A stretch of DNA of 34,570 bases from Candidatus Altiarchaeota archaeon (GCA_043804895.1 JAZDIN010000052.1:1-34570); one strand, 5' to 3'. Positions 11,299-21,356 are shown, counted from the stretch's first letter. The notes: generated from the sequence alone by a model not told the origin. Program-made: numbers and translations.

Positions 11299-11382
11299 CC
11301 CTATTCTAGCCCTATCTTAGCACAGGAATAACCCAAAGTTCATATCATGGTCCACCTAATCCATTATCGAGGGAGGGGTGGA

Positions 11383-11556
11383 ATGATGGAAGCCACGGAA
11401 GCATCAAACACGGCGGCCTACTGGGTAACAGCATACGCTCTGGCCTACCTGCTTTACCTCCTAGTGAAAGCAGCCAGCCAAAAGGGGGGATTGGGCTACC
11501 CCACCATGCCATACGACCACGGCCACATCATCCTCAGACGAAAACACATCTACTGA
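11383..11556 (+). CDS. Possible small single-TM membrane protein
   Basis: GGAGGGGTGG RBS-like tract before ATG 11383. One hydrophobic stretch. No recognisable family. Confidence 0.4.
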   Translation: MMEATEASNTAAYWVTAYALAYLLYLLVKAASQKGGLGYPTMPYDHGHIILRRKHIY

Positions 11557-11592
11557 AAGGTCAATAAGCAACAAACCAAACACCAACAACAA

Positions 11593-11662
11593 AGGCGGCG
11601 TAGAACCAGCCCACAAACCTACGCCGCCTAAACCGGGGTGCCTGCAATAAGGCAGGCACTCC
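11593..11662. other. Tandem pair of strong hairpins in an intergenic region
   Basis: AGGCGGCGTAG/CTACGCCGCCT (11593-11629) and GGGGTGCCTGC/GCAGGCACTCC (11635-11662). Confidence 0.6.
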
Positions 11663-11731
11663 AAACAATCCTGGAAAATCTACTACGCTCCACCTGTTTA
11701 TGTATATAAGCCCATATTAGAAATTATTCAT

Positions 11732-11962
11732 ATGACTGAGGATTCTCGTAAGTCGTCGCTTCGTGAGAGGTTGTCTGAGAAGTATGATCACCCTGAGGTT
11801 AAGGAGGCTAAGAGGAAGGAGGTTCTGAAGACTTGGGTTAAGGATATTGATGTCAAGTATGCTGCGGTTGAGGAGCATCGGCCTGATGAGCGGCAGAAGG
11901 CTATTATAGCGAAGGTTGTTAAGAAGATTGATGAGCGTGAGAAGAAGCAGAAGGGTGTGTGA
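11732..11962 (+). CDS. Small highly charged hypothetical protein
   Basis: 76-aa ORF with a TATATAAG box ~28 nt upstream (leaderless-type) and gene-like codon use. Confidence 0.7.
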   Translation: MTEDSRKSSLRERLSEKYDHPEVKEAKRKEVLKTWVKDIDVKYAAVEEHRPDERQKAIIAKVVKKIDEREKKQKGV

Positions 11963-11968
11963 TTTCCT

Positions 11969-12295
11969 ATGAACGTTAAGCGTGTCATTGTGGCCTCGTT
12001 AATCGGCCTCTTAGCTGGGATATTCTGCGCATACGGTACTGAATCCAGTTTCCCAGGAATGTTCAGCGTCGCGATACTAACCTCCATAGTATATAACAGA
12101 GTCCTTATCGGTTTCGTCATAGGCCTCGCAGAGAACATCCAGTTGAGGCCTATTCTGCGCGGAGCCTTACTGGGGGCTATTGTCGGACTCGGAATCTCAT
12201 TAGCTTCTGGAATACAGGGTGGGGTAATAATGCTAGTGTTCAGCGTAATCTACGGTGTAGTAATAGACGTTATAACGACACAATACGTTAAGTGA
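11969..12295 (+). CDS. Small multi-pass membrane protein
   Basis: 108 aa with about four Gly-rich hydrophobic helices, directly upstream of thiE. Confidence 0.75.
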   Translation: MNVKRVIVASLIGLLAGIFCAYGTESSFPGMFSVAILTSIVYNRVLIGFVIGLAENIQLRPILRGALLGAIVGLGISLASGIQGGVIMLVFSVIYGVVIDVITTQYVK

Positions 12296-12325
12296 CTTAT
12301 TAAAGAATCGACTGAATATTCTCCT

Positions 12326-12937
12326 ATGCTTAGGGGTTTCTACTTCATCACCGACCGGGGTCTTAGCAGGAGGCCTGAGGTTGATGTTGTGCGGGAGGCT
12401 TTGGAGGGTGGGGCTAAGATCGTCCAATACCGTGAGAAGGACCTTCCAGTCGAGGACATGATCAGAACAGCCTCGAAATTGAGGCTGATGTGCAGCGGGA
12501 GGGCCTTGTTCATAGTCAACGACGAGGCTGAGGTCGCGATGGCAGTCGACGCTGACGGACTCCACATCGGCCAGGATGACATGAGCCTCAAGACTGCAAG
12601 ATACATCCTGGGGAAAGACAAGCTCATCGGAGTCACAGTGCACAGCGTCGAACAGGCTGTGGCAGCAGACGAAGGCGGCGCAGACTACGTCGCAGTCTCG
12701 CCGATATTCCCAACAGCCACGAAGAAGGACGCAGGCGAGCCTGTCGGCCTCCAGATGTTAAGGGACGTTAAGGCTAAAGTCACCATGCCCGTAGCTGCCA
12801 TAGGCGGAATCAACGAATCCAACGTCGACTCAGTCATAGAAGCCGGAGCTGACATGGTCTCATCAATATCAGCGACCGTCGGCAAACAAGATATAAGGTC
12901 TGCTGTAAAATACTTCTCAACAAAATGGACAAAATAA
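12326..12937 (+). CDS. thiE: Thiamine-phosphate synthase
   Basis: VQYREK, FIVND, DGLHIGQDD, PIFPTATK, AIGGIN. Confidence 0.95.
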   Translation: MLRGFYFITDRGLSRRPEVDVVREALEGGAKIVQYREKDLPVEDMIRTASKLRLMCSGRALFIVNDEAEVAMAVDADGLHIGQDDMSLKTARYILGKDKLIGVTVHSVEQAVAADEGGADYVAVSPIFPTATKKDAGEPVGLQMLRDVKAKVTMPVAAIGGINESNVDSVIEAGADMVSSISATVGKQDIRSAVKYFSTKWTK

Positions 12938-14445
12938 TCGTCCTCGACTTCGGAGGCCAATACTGCCACCTAATAGCAAGGAGGATCAGAGAGTTGGGGG
13001 TCTACTCCGAGGTCATGGCCTCGGATACCTCTGCAGATGAGCTTGGCAGGATAGGGAACCTGAAAGGTGTCATACTCTCCGGAGGCGCGGCCTCAGTCTA
13101 CGACAGTAACTCCCCGAAATGTTCAAAAGACATACTGGAAGTCGGAGTCCCACTCCTTGGTATATGCTACGGCCACCAGCTCATAGCCCACCTCCTCGGA
13201 GGGAAGGTCGATGTCGGGAAGGCAGGAGAATACGGTCTCACGAAGTTGACGGTCCGAGGCGGCGGACTTTTTTCCGGCCTTGGCAAATCCACCCCAGTCT
13301 GGATGAACCACAGGGATATTGTGACAAAACTCCCAGAAGGGTTTAAGGTGCTGGCATCCACAACCCACTCGAAGATCGCAGCATACGGGAACGATAAGAG
13401 GAGAATCTACGGCGTCCAATTCCACCCTGAAGTCACGCACACGAAAAAAGGGATGAAGATACTCAGCAACTTCGTGAGAATCTGCAAGGCCTCCAAGGAC
13501 TGGAGTATGAAAGAATTCATCACAAAATCGGTGAAGGAGGCGAAGTCCATGATTGGGGGCAGGAGGGCGGTAATCGGCCTCTCCGGTGGAGTAGACTCCT
13601 CAACGGCGGCGGTCCTGTTAAGTCGCGCATTAGGCGAGAAGTTGACTGCAGTCTACGTCGACACTGGCTTAATGCGCTATAAGGAGACGGAGTTCATGGA
13701 GAAGACCTTCACAGGCAGGAAGATGGAATTCAGGATTATCAGAGCTGCGGACAGGTTCTTTGGTGCATTAAAGGGCGTCACAGACCCTGAGCAAAAAAGG
13801 AAGGTAATCGGTGGACTCTTCGTGGACATATTCGAGGAGGAGGCCGAGAGGGTTGGCGCGGAGGTTCTTGTGCAGGGGACGATATACAGCGACAGGATAG
13901 AGTCCGGGGTCACAAAGCATTCGGACAACATCAAATCCCACCACAACGTCGGCGGCCTCAAAAAGGACATGAAGCTGGAAGTCTACGAGCCGCTGAGAGA
14001 TCTGTACAAGGACGAAGTCAGGCAGATAGCGAAGCAACTGAAGCTACCTAGCGAAATCATCACAAGACACGTGTTCCCGGGGCCGGGCCTCGGAATCAGA
14101 ATACTCGGTGAAGTCACTCAGGAGAAGGCTGACATAGCCAGAAAAGCCGGGTATATCATCGAGGAGGAGCTGAAGAGGGCCAAAGCATATGAGAGGTATT
14201 GGATGGGCTTCGCAGTCCTCCTGCCTGTGAAGAGCGTTGGAATACAAGGGGATTCAAGAAGCTACAAATACCCTGTGGTAGTCAGGATAATAGAGTCGAA
14301 GGACGCGATGACAGCCAACTTCAGCAAAGTACCCTACGACATACTCGAGGCCATCTCCACAAGGATAACAAACGAAATAACCGAAGTCAACAGGGTCGTA
14401 TACGACATAACTAACAAGCCGCCGGCGACGATGGAATGGGAGTGA
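12925..14445 (+). CDS. guaA: GMP synthase (glutamine-hydrolysing), single-chain form
   Basis: LDFGGQY, GICYGHQ, QFHPEV, LSGGVDS, IKSHHNVGG, FPGPGL, KPPATMEWE. Confidence 0.97.
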   Translation: MDKIIVLDFGGQYCHLIARRIRELGVYSEVMASDTSADELGRIGNLKGVILSGGAASVYDSNSPKCSKDILEVGVPLLGICYGHQLIAHLLGGKVDVGKAGEYGLTKLTVRGGGLFSGLGKSTPVWMNHRDIVTKLPEGFKVLASTTHSKIAAYGNDKRRIYGVQFHPEVTHTKKGMKILSNFVRICKASKDWSMKEFITKSVKEAKSMIGGRRAVIGLSGGVDSSTAAVLLSRALGEKLTAVYVDTGLMRYKETEFMEKTFTGRKMEFRIIRAADRFFGALKGVTDPEQKRKVIGGLFVDIFEEEAERVGAEVLVQGTIYSDRIESGVTKHSDNIKSHHNVGGLKKDMKLEVYEPLRDLYKDEVRQIAKQLKLPSEIITRHVFPGPGLGIRILGEVTQEKADIARKAGYIIEEELKRAKAYERYWMGFAVLLPVKSVGIQGDSRSYKYPVVVRIIESKDAMTANFSKVPYDILEAISTRITNEITEVNRVVYDITNKPPATMEWE

Positions 14446-15383
14446 AAATAAAGGATATTGGGGGGGAGTTCGCGCTTATTGACCGTGTGGCGCGGAGGGG
14501 TGGGGCCGTAGTCGGCGTCGGGGACGATGCCGCAGTTCTCAAGTACACTAAAGAAAAACACCTTCTCTTCACCACAGACATGTTGTGTGAAGGCGACCAC
14601 TTCAACCTCCTTTGGAGCACGCCCAAGGAGATTGGGATGAAGGCTATGGAGGTGAACGTTTCAGACATAGGAGCTATGGGCGGCCTCCCAACGTACGCCG
14701 TCATCTCATTGTCCTTGAAGCCTGACACGTCGGTCGAGTTCATGGATGGATTCTATGAGGGAATCTACAAGGCCGCGGACGAGTACAACGTGAAGGTTGT
14801 TGGCGGGGACACGACCCATGCGGCCCTGATGGTGGTGAACGTCGCGCTCCTCGGTGAGGTGGAGAAGGACATGCTCTCCCTCCGCTCGGATGCTAAGGTG
14901 GGGGACCTAATCTGCGTGACAGGAGACCTCGGCAAAAGCACTGCTGGGTTGGAACTTCTGAAGGCTGGAATCAAAGGCGACGTGAAGGCTCACCTGCAGC
15001 CGAAGTGCAGGCTAAAAGAGGCGAGGAAGATAGCTAAATACTGTAACGCGTTGATAGACGTCTCAGACGGCCTCGCAAGCGAGGTCAACCACATCTGCGA
15101 GATGGGCAGAGTAGGGGCTGTCGTCCACAGGGATAGGATTCCAGTATCAAAGTCGACTGTGGAGTCTGCGAGGAAGGTCGGCAAAGACCCGGTAGAATAC
15201 GCCTTAAACGGCGGGGAGGACTTCGAACTAGTGTTCACAGTGCCGAAGAAGAGAATGGGGAAAATTAAGGTAGACTGTCCGGTAACGGTCGTCGGCGAGA
15301 TACTCGAGAGGAAACAGGGGGCTCTCCTGGAGTCAAACGGTACAAGACGGCAGCTAAAAGGCGGATACGACCACTTTAAATGA
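14442..15383 (+). CDS. thiL: Thiamine-monophosphate kinase
   Basis: GEFALI, GVGDDAA, NVSDIGAMGG, GGDT, IDVSDGL, GGEDFEL. GTG start overlaps the guaA stop (GTGA). Confidence 0.95.
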   Translation: MKIKDIGGEFALIDRVARRGGAVVGVGDDAAVLKYTKEKHLLFTTDMLCEGDHFNLLWSTPKEIGMKAMEVNVSDIGAMGGLPTYAVISLSLKPDTSVEFMDGFYEGIYKAADEYNVKVVGGDTTHAALMVVNVALLGEVEKDMLSLRSDAKVGDLICVTGDLGKSTAGLELLKAGIKGDVKAHLQPKCRLKEARKIAKYCNALIDVSDGLASEVNHICEMGRVGAVVHRDRIPVSKSTVESARKVGKDPVEYALNGGEDFELVFTVPKKRMGKIKVDCPVTVVGEILERKQGALLESNGTRRQLKGGYDHFK

Positions 15384-15384
15384 T

Positions 15385-16161
15385 TCAATCCACGACCACA
15401 GGATGGTATGTGAGTTTCCCGCCTTCCTCGAGGCTGCACAGGCCTATCAGCATCTTGTCGGGGTCGCCGGGGTACGGGGCGATGTAGAGGTGTTCATTGG
15501 TTAGGTGTTCTCTCAGTGACTTGTCGTGTAACCTCATTCTACCCCCCTTCGACTCACCATCCCTACCTACCTCCGTGTACAATAACATCATGTTAACGTC
15601 CAAATCGCCGACATGTGACGGGGCTGGCCCGTAGCCTGGGGGGTGGATGTGGCCTGCCCCGTATCGCTGGCCTGGTTTTGCTCTGTCTAACTGGCCCCAT
15701 TCCAAATCAAGTGGTGACGCCACGACTACGTCTCCATGGCTGCCGGTCTTGTATTCGTCGCCGCGTGGGATAATTTCCCTATGTAATACGATGTCATCCC
15801 TCTCTTGGTTTTGGGACTCCCTCGAGTAGATGAGCGAAACCTCTCTGTTCACCCTCCTTGACTTCTTGTACGACTCAACTATATCCTTCGCAGTATCCTG
15901 GGATATGTGCCTGTCTACCGTGCCCAAGGACACCTCGGTTATGCTCTTATGCGCACTCCAGTTACGCTTAACATAGGCTGCGCGGTCTCTGTTGTCCCTA
16001 CATGAAGACAACATCTCCCACGCATCATATACCTCCAGGCCACCCACGTTGCATATTGGGTTATTCCTGTCCCCTGCCTGCCTTGGAGGGATGAAGGCTG
16101 GGCCTAAATACCTCCGCGGGCCTAGTGTTATCTCTATGTCGTCATGTTTTTCCTTTGACAT
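15385..16161 (-). CDS. Hypothetical protein with a JAB/MPN+ (JAMM)-like metal-binding motif
   Basis: NREVSLI ... GHIHPPGYGPAPSHVGD resembles E...HxH...S..D. TATA-like TATATAA upstream on the minus strand. Confidence 0.6.
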   Translation of the reverse strand: MSKEKHDDIEITLGPRRYLGPAFIPPRQAGDRNNPICNVGGLEVYDAWEMLSSCRDNRDRAAYVKRNWSAHKSITEVSLGTVDRHISQDTAKDIVESYKKSRRVNREVSLIYSRESQNQERDDIVLHREIIPRGDEYKTGSHGDVVVASPLDLEWGQLDRAKPGQRYGAGHIHPPGYGPAPSHVGDLDVNMMLLYTEVGRDGESKGGRMRLHDKSLREHLTNEHLYIAPYPGDPDKMLIGLCSLEEGGKLTYHPVVVD

Positions 16162-16209
16162 GCGGTCTCACCTGCTATATTATATACATTGTAAGATAAT
16201 ATCTTACAT

Positions 16210-16935
16210 ATGACTGTGAACATCAACCTCTTGAAGGATTTGCCGCAGGGTGCCACTGTCGTTGAGGCCTTTCCGAGTAGGGGTTATGTGAGCACTATCG
16301 CCGCTAACCATCTCATAAGGCAGTTGAAGATGGAGCAGGTGGGCTATATCGAGTGCGATAAACTGGATGCGATAGCTGTGGTCCATGACGGGAAGCCGAT
16401 GCACCCTATCAGGATATACCAGAAGGACAATCTAGTCGTATTCTTCTCAGAGCTTATCATACCCTTCAACATGGTTCATGAGTTCACAACCGGCGTTGCG
16501 GACCTGTTGGCAGGCCTTAAACCGAAGTCGATGCTGCTTCTGGCGAGCATCCCCGGCGTGGAGTCGAAGAGCGAGCATGAGATATTGGCGGTGTCAACTG
16601 ACCCGGAGATGGCTGGGAAGCTGGCGAAGCTTAAGGTTAAGCGGATGGAGGAGGGCGTCCTCACCGGCATGTCCAGCAGCCTTATGATGAAATGCGTCGC
16701 CCTCAACATACCCTCCACCTCGCTTCTCATCGAGACTGCCTACATGCCTGACGTCCTGGCTTCAGCTTCGCTTCTGAGAATCCTAAGCGACCTTCTCGGG
16801 GTGAACGTGGACGTGGATGAGCTCGTGAAGACCGGCAAGCAGATTGAGGACAAGTTCAGGGATAACTTCGAGCAGATTAAGATAGGCCATGAGAACCTGC
16901 AGGAGATGCACCATCAGCTGCCGATGTACCGTTAA
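16210..16935 (+). CDS. PAC2-family proteasome assembly chaperone-like protein
   Basis: VVEAFPSRGYVSTIAANHLI, HPIRIY, PDVLASA, and a C-terminal MYR (HbYX-like) tail. Confidence 0.85.
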   Translation: MTVNINLLKDLPQGATVVEAFPSRGYVSTIAANHLIRQLKMEQVGYIECDKLDAIAVVHDGKPMHPIRIYQKDNLVVFFSELIIPFNMVHEFTTGVADLLAGLKPKSMLLLASIPGVESKSEHEILAVSTDPEMAGKLAKLKVKRMEEGVLTGMSSSLMMKCVALNIPSTSLLIETAYMPDVLASASLLRILSDLLGVNVDVDELVKTGKQIEDKFRDNFEQIKIGHENLQEMHHQLPMYR

Positions 16936-16941
16936 AAAAAA

Positions 16942-18897
16942 CTAACTCTTGGCTTTCTTCACGCACTGCATGAACGCTGCGAGCGATATCACGTACAGTA
17001 TGTACTTCAGCCATCCTGCGGCCACGAGGACGCTCACCTTGAGCGGGTTCGTGTCCTTGTTCACCAGGTGCGAGGTTACGCTGACTGTCTTGCCTAGGTT
17101 CGGAATCTCCATCCTCACAGGCAACACGCCCTCGCGGACTGGGACGTTCAATGCGCCGTCGCCTGAGCCGAGGACGTTCATCGACTTCATCGTCGGCGCC
17201 GCTTCCTCCACTTGGGCCCAATCTGATGCTATCGTCACACCCCCCCTTTCAGGCGCGCCGCCCATGTTGTAGGTCCCGAACATCCCGACGACTCCGAAGA
17301 GGAGCACAACAGCGATGCACAGGACTACGAGTATTGCGGCTCCGGCGAGCATCATCTTCATGGAATTCGCTGCGACGTGCCTTTTGATTATGAGCGCGAT
17401 TGAGACTATCACCGACAGGGCCAGGAGCATCGAGCTGAAGACCAGGAGGCCTGCGCTGTATATGATGTAGAGTATGCTGTACCCGATTCTAGGCTTCAGC
17501 ATGTAGCCTATCCATCCGAAGACTACTAGGAAGACCATCAAAGACTCTAGGGAAGGCAGTTCGCTGCCGCCCATGTCAGGGCCGAAGGTCCACAGCACCA
17601 CATAGTCTTTGGGGAGTATTATCTGTGTTTCGGCTTCTGTTATGGGGAGGTCTGTGTTAGCGACCGGCACGTCTATGTAATCGATCGGTTTAAGAGGCGC
17701 TCTGGTGTCGAAGTATATCATGTCAAGCGTCCCGCTTTGGGTTTTCGGGAAGGATAGGAACAGTTTCCCGTCGTCTTTGGTCAGCTTCACAGAGTTCCTG
17801 TAGCCTGTGCCAGCGTAAAGGGGCGTTCCAGGCGCATCAATCTGTATGTAATCCACCCCGGTGTTGCTGTACTGGTAGGAGAGTTCGCCAAGCATGCTGC
17901 CCTTCTCGGTTATCGCTATCCTGTTCGTTGCCCTGCTGACTGAGGCGGCAAGGGATGGGAACATCTGCAGGTCTCTGACGCTCACGGTGAACACGTTGTC
18001 CTTTGAGGCGAGGAACGCCCTCGCGTTGCTGTATGACGGGCTCATCGGCGACTGCGTCAAGTCGATTTCCTCAGCGTCTGTGGATATTGTTATCCTCTTC
18101 TGCGGGTCAGATTCGATGAGCACATTATGCCTGCCCTCATCTAACGGGACTATTATGACGCCGCCGTCGAACGTGCCTGAGACGGTGACATGCGCGGTGT
18201 CACCTTCAAGTTCGAGCATCAGCTTACTGCCTGAGATACTATAATCCTTGGCGCCGGCCACGGACGCTACAGCCTCCCCGTTTCGGAGGTTAACCACAGC
18301 CTGGCCGAGGGAGCTGCCGAACGAGCGGTAGTCCAGCAGGTAGTTGAATTGGTTCCTCTCCGCGAATGTGTACTTGAACGCGCCGTCCACTAGCATCGCC
18401 ACCTTCTCTGACCGCTGTATGATGACTTCGTCGCCGAATAGGCCGTACTGGTCTCCGTGTATCGCATACCCGTGTTTGAGGTCGAACTTCAACTCGTTCA
18501 CAGGCCCTGGGACGTGCAGTCTCACCTGGCCCATGGTCCTTAATGTGAGGTCTCCCTGGAACACAAATTCTCCGACATTCAAGACCATGAAATATCCTTT
18601 ATCGTCGAACGAGACTGGGACGCCTCTGCCGTTAACCTTCAGGTTGTCTATGAGGATATCAGACGGCCTCCCGAGGAGGTAAACTCTGACGTTTTCGCCT
18701 GATATGACTTGCCCCGAGCCTGAGATCATGAGTTTGTTAACGTCAAGGTCGCCCTTTAAAACCATGTCCTCGACAGCATAGAAACTCTGCTTAGTCTCGT
18801 TCACTATTATTATCTCAGCTGAGGCGGTCTTTGAAAAAAACACACCTAAAACCAATATAAGCACTGGAATCATCCACAGATTCAGCCTTTTTACCAT
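16942..18897 (-). CDS. Large membrane protein with signal peptide, beta-rich ectodomain and C-terminal TM helices
   Basis: Signal-like MVKRLNLWMIPVLILVLGVFFSKTASA. Several TM segments near the C-terminus. Start moved to ATG 18897. Confidence 0.8.
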   Translation of the reverse strand: MVKRLNLWMIPVLILVLGVFFSKTASAEIIIVNETKQSFYAVEDMVLKGDLDVNKLMISGSGQVISGENVRVYLLGRPSDILIDNLKVNGRGVPVSFDDKGYFMVLNVGEFVFQGDLTLRTMGQVRLHVPGPVNELKFDLKHGYAIHGDQYGLFGDEVIIQRSEKVAMLVDGAFKYTFAERNQFNYLLDYRSFGSSLGQAVVNLRNGEAVASVAGAKDYSISGSKLMLELEGDTAHVTVSGTFDGGVIIVPLDEGRHNVLIESDPQKRITISTDAEEIDLTQSPMSPSYSNARAFLASKDNVFTVSVRDLQMFPSLAASVSRATNRIAITEKGSMLGELSYQYSNTGVDYIQIDAPGTPLYAGTGYRNSVKLTKDDGKLFLSFPKTQSGTLDMIYFDTRAPLKPIDYIDVPVANTDLPITEAETQIILPKDYVVLWTFGPDMGGSELPSLESLMVFLVVFGWIGYMLKPRIGYSILYIIYSAGLLVFSSMLLALSVIVSIALIIKRHVAANSMKMMLAGAAILVVLCIAVVLLFGVVGMFGTYNMGGAPERGGVTIASDWAQVEEAAPTMKSMNVLGSGDGALNVPVREGVLPVRMEIPNLGKTVSVTSHLVNKDTNPLKVSVLVAAGWLKYILYVISLAAFMQCVKKAKS

Positions 18898-19025
18898 GGA
18901 TACATATTCGCATAGGCTATATATAAAAACCAGCCTTTTGCTTCGGTAAAAGCCGAAAAAAGGCATATAAAAGCTATTTATTTACTCTCTCATAACATAG
19001 ATTATCCTCCTAACATGGTGATTCT

Positions 19026-19502
19026 ATGAACCTTTTCAGGCTATTCAACGATTTGAAAAAAACCGAGGAATTCAGGGCCAGAGGCAAGATTCTCTCAAAA
19101 CTCAGCGGCAAACAATCGTTCTCAGAGGAGGAGATAAACGAGATATTCGCGTACAAGAAGCTGGAAGGCCACAGTAACCCGGAGGCTTCGAAGATAACCA
19201 GGAAGGCGTTCGAGACGAAGGACGTCGCAGAAAAGTTCAGGATGCTCAAACGCCTGAACGGCGTCAACACCCTCACAGCATCGACGATACTGATGTTCCA
19301 GAACCAGTTCAGGTACGCTGAAATCAACATAAAGACTTGGGGTGTACTCAAACGCGAGTACGGGTTCAAGGCGCCTGACAAGGACGTGCGCTCAGACTAC
19401 TCCCTCCAAGAGTACATGGGCTACTTGGAGATACTGAGCTCGATAGCTGCCGAATACGGGATGAACCTCAGTGACATAGAGCACGTCATAAATGTCTCCT
19501 AA
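19026..19502 (+). CDS. Hypothetical protein with a degenerate helix-hairpin-helix motif
   Basis: LKRLNGVNTLTASTIL. GGTGA RBS. Overlaps adk. Confidence 0.65.
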   Translation: MNLFRLFNDLKKTEEFRARGKILSKLSGKQSFSEEEINEIFAYKKLEGHSNPEASKITRKAFETKDVAEKFRMLKRLNGVNTLTASTILMFQNQFRYAEINIKTWGVLKREYGFKAPDKDVRSDYSLQEYMGYLEILSSIAAEYGMNLSDIEHVINVS

Positions 19503-20133
19503 AGACATGGCCAGAATTGTCCTACTCGGGCCTCCTGGTTGCGGGAAGGGCACTCAGGCCGAGAGGGTTTCCGACAGGTATAAGATACCTCAAATCTCGA
19601 CCGGTAACATCCTCCGCCATGCCATAGAGGCGAAGACTAAACTGGGTTTGGAGGCTCAAAGCTACATGAGCCGTGGCGAGCTGGTTCCTGACGAGACTGT
19701 TGAGTCGATAGTCGCTGAACGTCTTTCCCACAACGACTGCAGGAAGGGTTTCATACTCGACGGGTTCCCAAGGGATTTAGAGCAGGCCAAGTCACTGGAC
19801 AAAATAGTGTCCCTCGACGTTGTCTTCAACATAAAGGTCCCTGACAAACTACTAATCGAACGTCTGTCGAGGCGTCGTGTGTGCGACTGCGGGGAGACAT
19901 ACCACCTCACGCATAAGCCCCCGAAGAAGACTGGGGTGTGCGACAAATGCGAGAAGAAACTCTACCAGCGTAAGGACGACAAGCCGGCAACCATACGCCA
20001 CAGGCTGCAAGTCTACCACAAGAGCACGGAACCGCTGATAAAATACTACGAGAAAAAGGGGGCACTCATCGAAATCGACGGCAGAAGAGAGATAGGGGAG
20101 ATATCACAGCAAATAATCGACAACCTAGGATGA
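19492..20133 (+). CDS. adk: Adenylate kinase (bacterial type, zinc lid)
   Basis: GPPGCGKGTQA, ISTG, GELVPD, GFILDGFPR, lid CDC...CDKC, RKDD. Confidence 0.95.
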   Translation: MSPKDMARIVLLGPPGCGKGTQAERVSDRYKIPQISTGNILRHAIEAKTKLGLEAQSYMSRGELVPDETVESIVAERLSHNDCRKGFILDGFPRDLEQAKSLDKIVSLDVVFNIKVPDKLLIERLSRRRVCDCGETYHLTHKPPKKTGVCDKCEKKLYQRKDDKPATIRHRLQVYHKSTEPLIKYYEKKGALIEIDGRREIGEISQQIIDNLG

Positions 20134-21356
20134 AACCAAGGTCATGCGTACTGTTACTTATACTCCTTCTACCATTATCTTCGGCTCAGGAGACTACGGT
20201 CCTTAACATCGCGCAGCCTAAGCACCTTGGCGACGAAAACATAACCGAGTGGGAGTTGGGTTGGATGACCGAGGGAACCTCCTTAGAGCGCGAATTCTAC
20301 GCCGAATGCCCCTACGACCGGGCCTGGATTGACATGATGGTGATCGGGGCGTTCTTCAATGACGACCTAGTGATCGTCAATAACAAGACTGTTGGCAGCA
20401 TCTGCCAGTCTGAGAGGTGGGTTCCGTGCAACATAACCCTCCCCCCAGGAGTCGTGAAGGTGGGTGATAAGAACTCACTGAGGTTTGAGTCAAGGTGGCA
20501 TCTCATGACATACGACTTCGACGATTACATGTTCAAGAAGATGAAGCTTAAAATAGACTATGTGAACGTCGAGCCTCACATCACAGTCTCAAAATCCCAG
20601 TCTGCATATGAGCTCAGGCTAGGGGATGCGCTCAACGTGAGCGTGATGCTCACTAACATAGGCTGCAGGCCTGCGTTCAACCTGAGCGCGCATGACGTGA
20701 GGCTTACGTCGACATACGTCGTCTCAGGGTCTACTGGCGACTTCTTCTCGCCGCTCCGCGGAGGAGATGTTCTAAGATACCAGTACACGCTAGTCCCCTC
20801 GGAAACTGGATTGTTCACATCGCAGCCGGGATGGTTCGAATACTATGACAGCAACTGGACGAAACACAATGGCACCATCGAGCCGACTGTGTTGACTGTG
20901 AAGCCCCCGAAACCACAGCTTTACGCATACAAGCGAATCTCAGCTGAGACGATACCTGTGAACTTGCCAGCTGACGTTGAGATAACGGTGGCAAACAACG
21001 GTTCCGAACCTGCGTACAACCTCATTGTTGAGGATTCCGTGCCAGAGAACTTCAGCGTGACGTCGGGGTCTCCGAACCTGACCCTCGACTACCTCGCAGG
21101 AGGGCAGAACGTGACACTCAGATACACGCTGGCTCCAGGCGGAGTAAGCCTATACTCGTCCTCCGCCGTACTCCGATACAAGGACAAGGATGGATTCGAC
21201 TACGAGCGAACATCTAACCCAGTGAATATAACGGCTGTGAAGTCGTCAGTACCGACTGCGTTATCCAACCGAACAGTAGTGTTCAGTATAATAGCGGTCG
21301 TTGTGGTGGTCCTTCTTGCGGCATACTGGGTCATGCGTGGCAGTCACGCCAAATAA
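20130..21356 (+). CDS. Secreted, C-terminally anchored surface protein with two DUF11/BatD-like Ig repeats
   Basis: Signal peptide, repeated V.ltN.G..PA.Nl.v.D motif, C-terminal TM helix. Confidence 0.8.
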   Translation: MKPRSCVLLLILLLPLSSAQETTVLNIAQPKHLGDENITEWELGWMTEGTSLEREFYAECPYDRAWIDMMVIGAFFNDDLVIVNNKTVGSICQSERWVPCNITLPPGVVKVGDKNSLRFESRWHLMTYDFDDYMFKKMKLKIDYVNVEPHITVSKSQSAYELRLGDALNVSVMLTNIGCRPAFNLSAHDVRLTSTYVVSGSTGDFFSPLRGGDVLRYQYTLVPSETGLFTSQPGWFEYYDSNWTKHNGTIEPTVLTVKPPKPQLYAYKRISAETIPVNLPADVEITVANNGSEPAYNLIVEDSVPENFSVTSGSPNLTLDYLAGGQNVTLRYTLAPGGVSLYSSSAVLRYKDKDGFDYERTSNPVNITAVKSSVPTALSNRTVVFSIIAVVVVVLLAAYWVMRGSHAK

